Source of the DNA: Podarcis pityusensis
Taxonomy: Eukaryota
DNA: 64,000 nt
Strand: one strand, 5' to 3'
NCBI GenBank assembly: GCA_964106645.2
Contig: OZ078259.1
The notes beneath the pieces were generated by a model. That model was not told the DNA's origin, searched no databases, and saw only the letters and a program-made list of their open reading frames with translations. Positions 61,646 to 64,000 of this stretch are shown here, piece after piece (position 1 is the stretch's first letter; each line of letters opens with the position of its first letter). Position numbers and translations under genes: made by a program.

Positions 61646-64000
61646 TTGAATAGAAAGCTGTTTTGGTCTATGTAGTACAGAATTGTCTACAATGACTAGC
61701 AGTAGCTCTCCAGAACTCCAAAAAGGGTTCTCTCCCAGCCATACCTGGAGATGAGAGGGATTGAACCTGGGACCTTCTGCACTGAGCTGCAGCCCTTCCC
61801 AAGAAAATGCTTTGCAAGTATTTTATGAGTAATTCTATCAAAAATAATTCTAAAAAAGAAGAACCTACCTGTGTGTGGGAGAGAGTTTATAGATTTAGTT
61901 CTTATTCTTATTCATCGCTGAGGATGGCAGAATTCATTCTGTACTTTCTCCCACACACATTATAAGCCCACAACTGTTTTAACCAGCTCTCCCGCCGCCA
62001 ACCAAGTTCAACTGCTAGACTCCCTCCCAGCCAGACTTTTCAAGAGTTTGGTGTTCAATCTTATATGACATTGTGAAAATGAACTTTGTGAAGGTCCAGT
62101 CAACCTGAAAGTGCCTCATACGTGAGACCCAGGATGACTTAACTATAAATATTTGTTCCATTATTTTTACCTTCATCACTCCTTTTCTGCGACCCTAATA
62201 CTCACCCCCCCCCAAAGATTCTTATTTTTATTTCACTTCCGTTAGCCCTTAACTAGAGACAAGACGCACCTAGAGACAAGGGTGAAAATCGAAGCAGGGA
62301 AGACTTTATTCCCAGTTAATCTAGAACACTTTTGTCTCTGGCTCCTTCCACTGCCAGCATGTGGCCCCTGACAGATTTCCTACATGGGAATGTGGTCCCT
62401 CACAGGGAAAAATGGTTGCCCATCTCTCTGCTAGTTACACACACACACATTTTGGGAAAGCATTCTAGTGATTTCCCAGGACAGGTAATTAAATACATGG
62501 ACTATTCCTTGGAGCATTTGGACAAGGAGGTGTCATTACTGGAAGCCTTAAGCCGCTGGTCCTGGTATGTAGCGTGTTTAAAGAGAGAGGCTTAAAAATA
62601 AGGTTGGATTCTGAAAAATGGACCAGATTCGAATGTACGTACATGGTGATGACTATTTTGGTGTGAACCATCTCTTTCCTACTTTACTATTTGCAGTACT
62701 TGGCTTTGATCTTGAAGGCATGAGATCATTCTCTGTCCACCCGAAGCCTTCTAGGTGTTAGGATCATTCTTCAGTAGAAAAAACACACACAAACTTGCAG
62801 TAAAAGCAAACAGCAGAGTTATCTAGGATTACAGTAGTTAAAGTTTAATGTGTTCCCTGGTTTTACAGCAATTCTCAGGGTGGAAGGATCTTCAGTTTGG
62901 GCCATAAATCAGTCTTCAAGATGTATAATAAAGCAGACCCTTGGTTGTGTGTACTCTAATAAAGATAATAAACATTCTTCTCCCCTCAAAAAGCAGAAAA
63001 GTAATTGCATGAATTGTGTGTTTTGCATCTATTGTACAATTTACATCTGCCACGGAAGATCAGAGCTAATCAAAGCTCATTTCCAATGAATCTGCTTAAA
63101 AATAAACAAATCTTGTATGTGGAAAGCTAGCATGCCAATAAGAAGATTGTGAGTCTACAGGAAAAGTCTGGCTCTTTCTCTTTCTGTATATTTGAAGGGA
63201 TTTTGGAGGGAGAAAGAGAGAAATTCTAAGGGCTCTAATCTTTCTCCATTACTACTAAATGCATGGCTTAATGCAAAAATAGTATCTAGGTGACTTACAA
63301 ACAGAGTAAAAATGCAGAGTTTAAAACACAGCAATTGTGAGCGGAGTCTTGTCACCTGGGCAGCCTGGGACCTCCATGCACACTGCCCAGGTCTGGACTG
63401 TATCAGCAACTGCTAGAGACCAAAAGGGACTGCTTCCCACCTCCCATATCAAAATAACTAAAATTAAGACATTTGTCTGCAGTGGTCAGGATCCTGGACC
63501 AGGAATGCAGAGACCCAGATTCAAATCCTCACTCAGCCCTGCAGCTCCCTGGGAAACCGTGGCCCAAGAAATGCCTACAACTGGTTTCTCCTGCTAAGGA
63601 TACATACCCAAGCACTTCCCCATCATCTCAGACGACTATCCATTGATGGAGGCTTGATTTTGTCCCCTGTAAGTTCTATTAATTGACAGCGCAATTGCTG
63701 GGCTGGACACTTACATAACCCTGAAAAAGGTTTTGTCTAAATTGCTTTGATCTATAAAACCTTATGCAGCTCAGGGCCCCAATACCTCAAAGGCTGCCTC
63801 TCCCCACATGAACCAGCCTTCACCCTATGTTCACCATCTGAGATCCTGCTCAGTGTGCCATCTCCAAGGGAGGCGAAGAGGGAATGGCAAAATGAGAATG
63901 GGCCTTATGGAATGCTGTCTTGAGGGAACTGCATCTGGCACCATCACTGGCTAGTGTTAGGCACCAGGCAAAAACATTTTTCAGCCAGCCTTTGGCCTTG

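Noticed and set aside
1-64000. CRISPR array, rRNA or prokaryotic-type systems
   Set aside because: Vertebrate repeat landscape; no regularly spaced repeat-spacer array or operon structure

Overview
Vertebrate genomic DNA, almost certainly from a squamate and probably a lacertid lizard, judging by the repeat set: Sauria SINE with BovB LINE, CR1, L1, L2, MIR/Squam3-like SINEs and many hAT/Tc1 MITEs. I find no intact protein-coding gene. The long ORFs are retroelement remnants (BovB, CR1, L1, an RT-less endonuclease LINE, a DIRS/Ngaro-type SGNH ORF), a decayed intronless KRAB pseudogene, or low-complexity artefacts. The left end (1-440) looks like a promoter for an unidentified minus-strand gene lying outside the window. 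About 6.7-23.2 kb is a broad non-coding CpG-retaining domain, and TE copies inside versus outside it act as built-in reporters of methylation decay. The most unusual items are: a TSD-flanked 1.16-kb non-coding L1-type retroposon starting with G-run/CTCF/YY1 motifs; an HDV-like ribozyme fold at the 5' end of a short RTE-related element; a 56-bp inverted templated insertion inside a LINE endonuclease; a CpG-island-like hAT MITE; and a ~140-bp non-TE-looking segment duplicated 29 kb apart. Family names come from motif recognition only; no database search was run.
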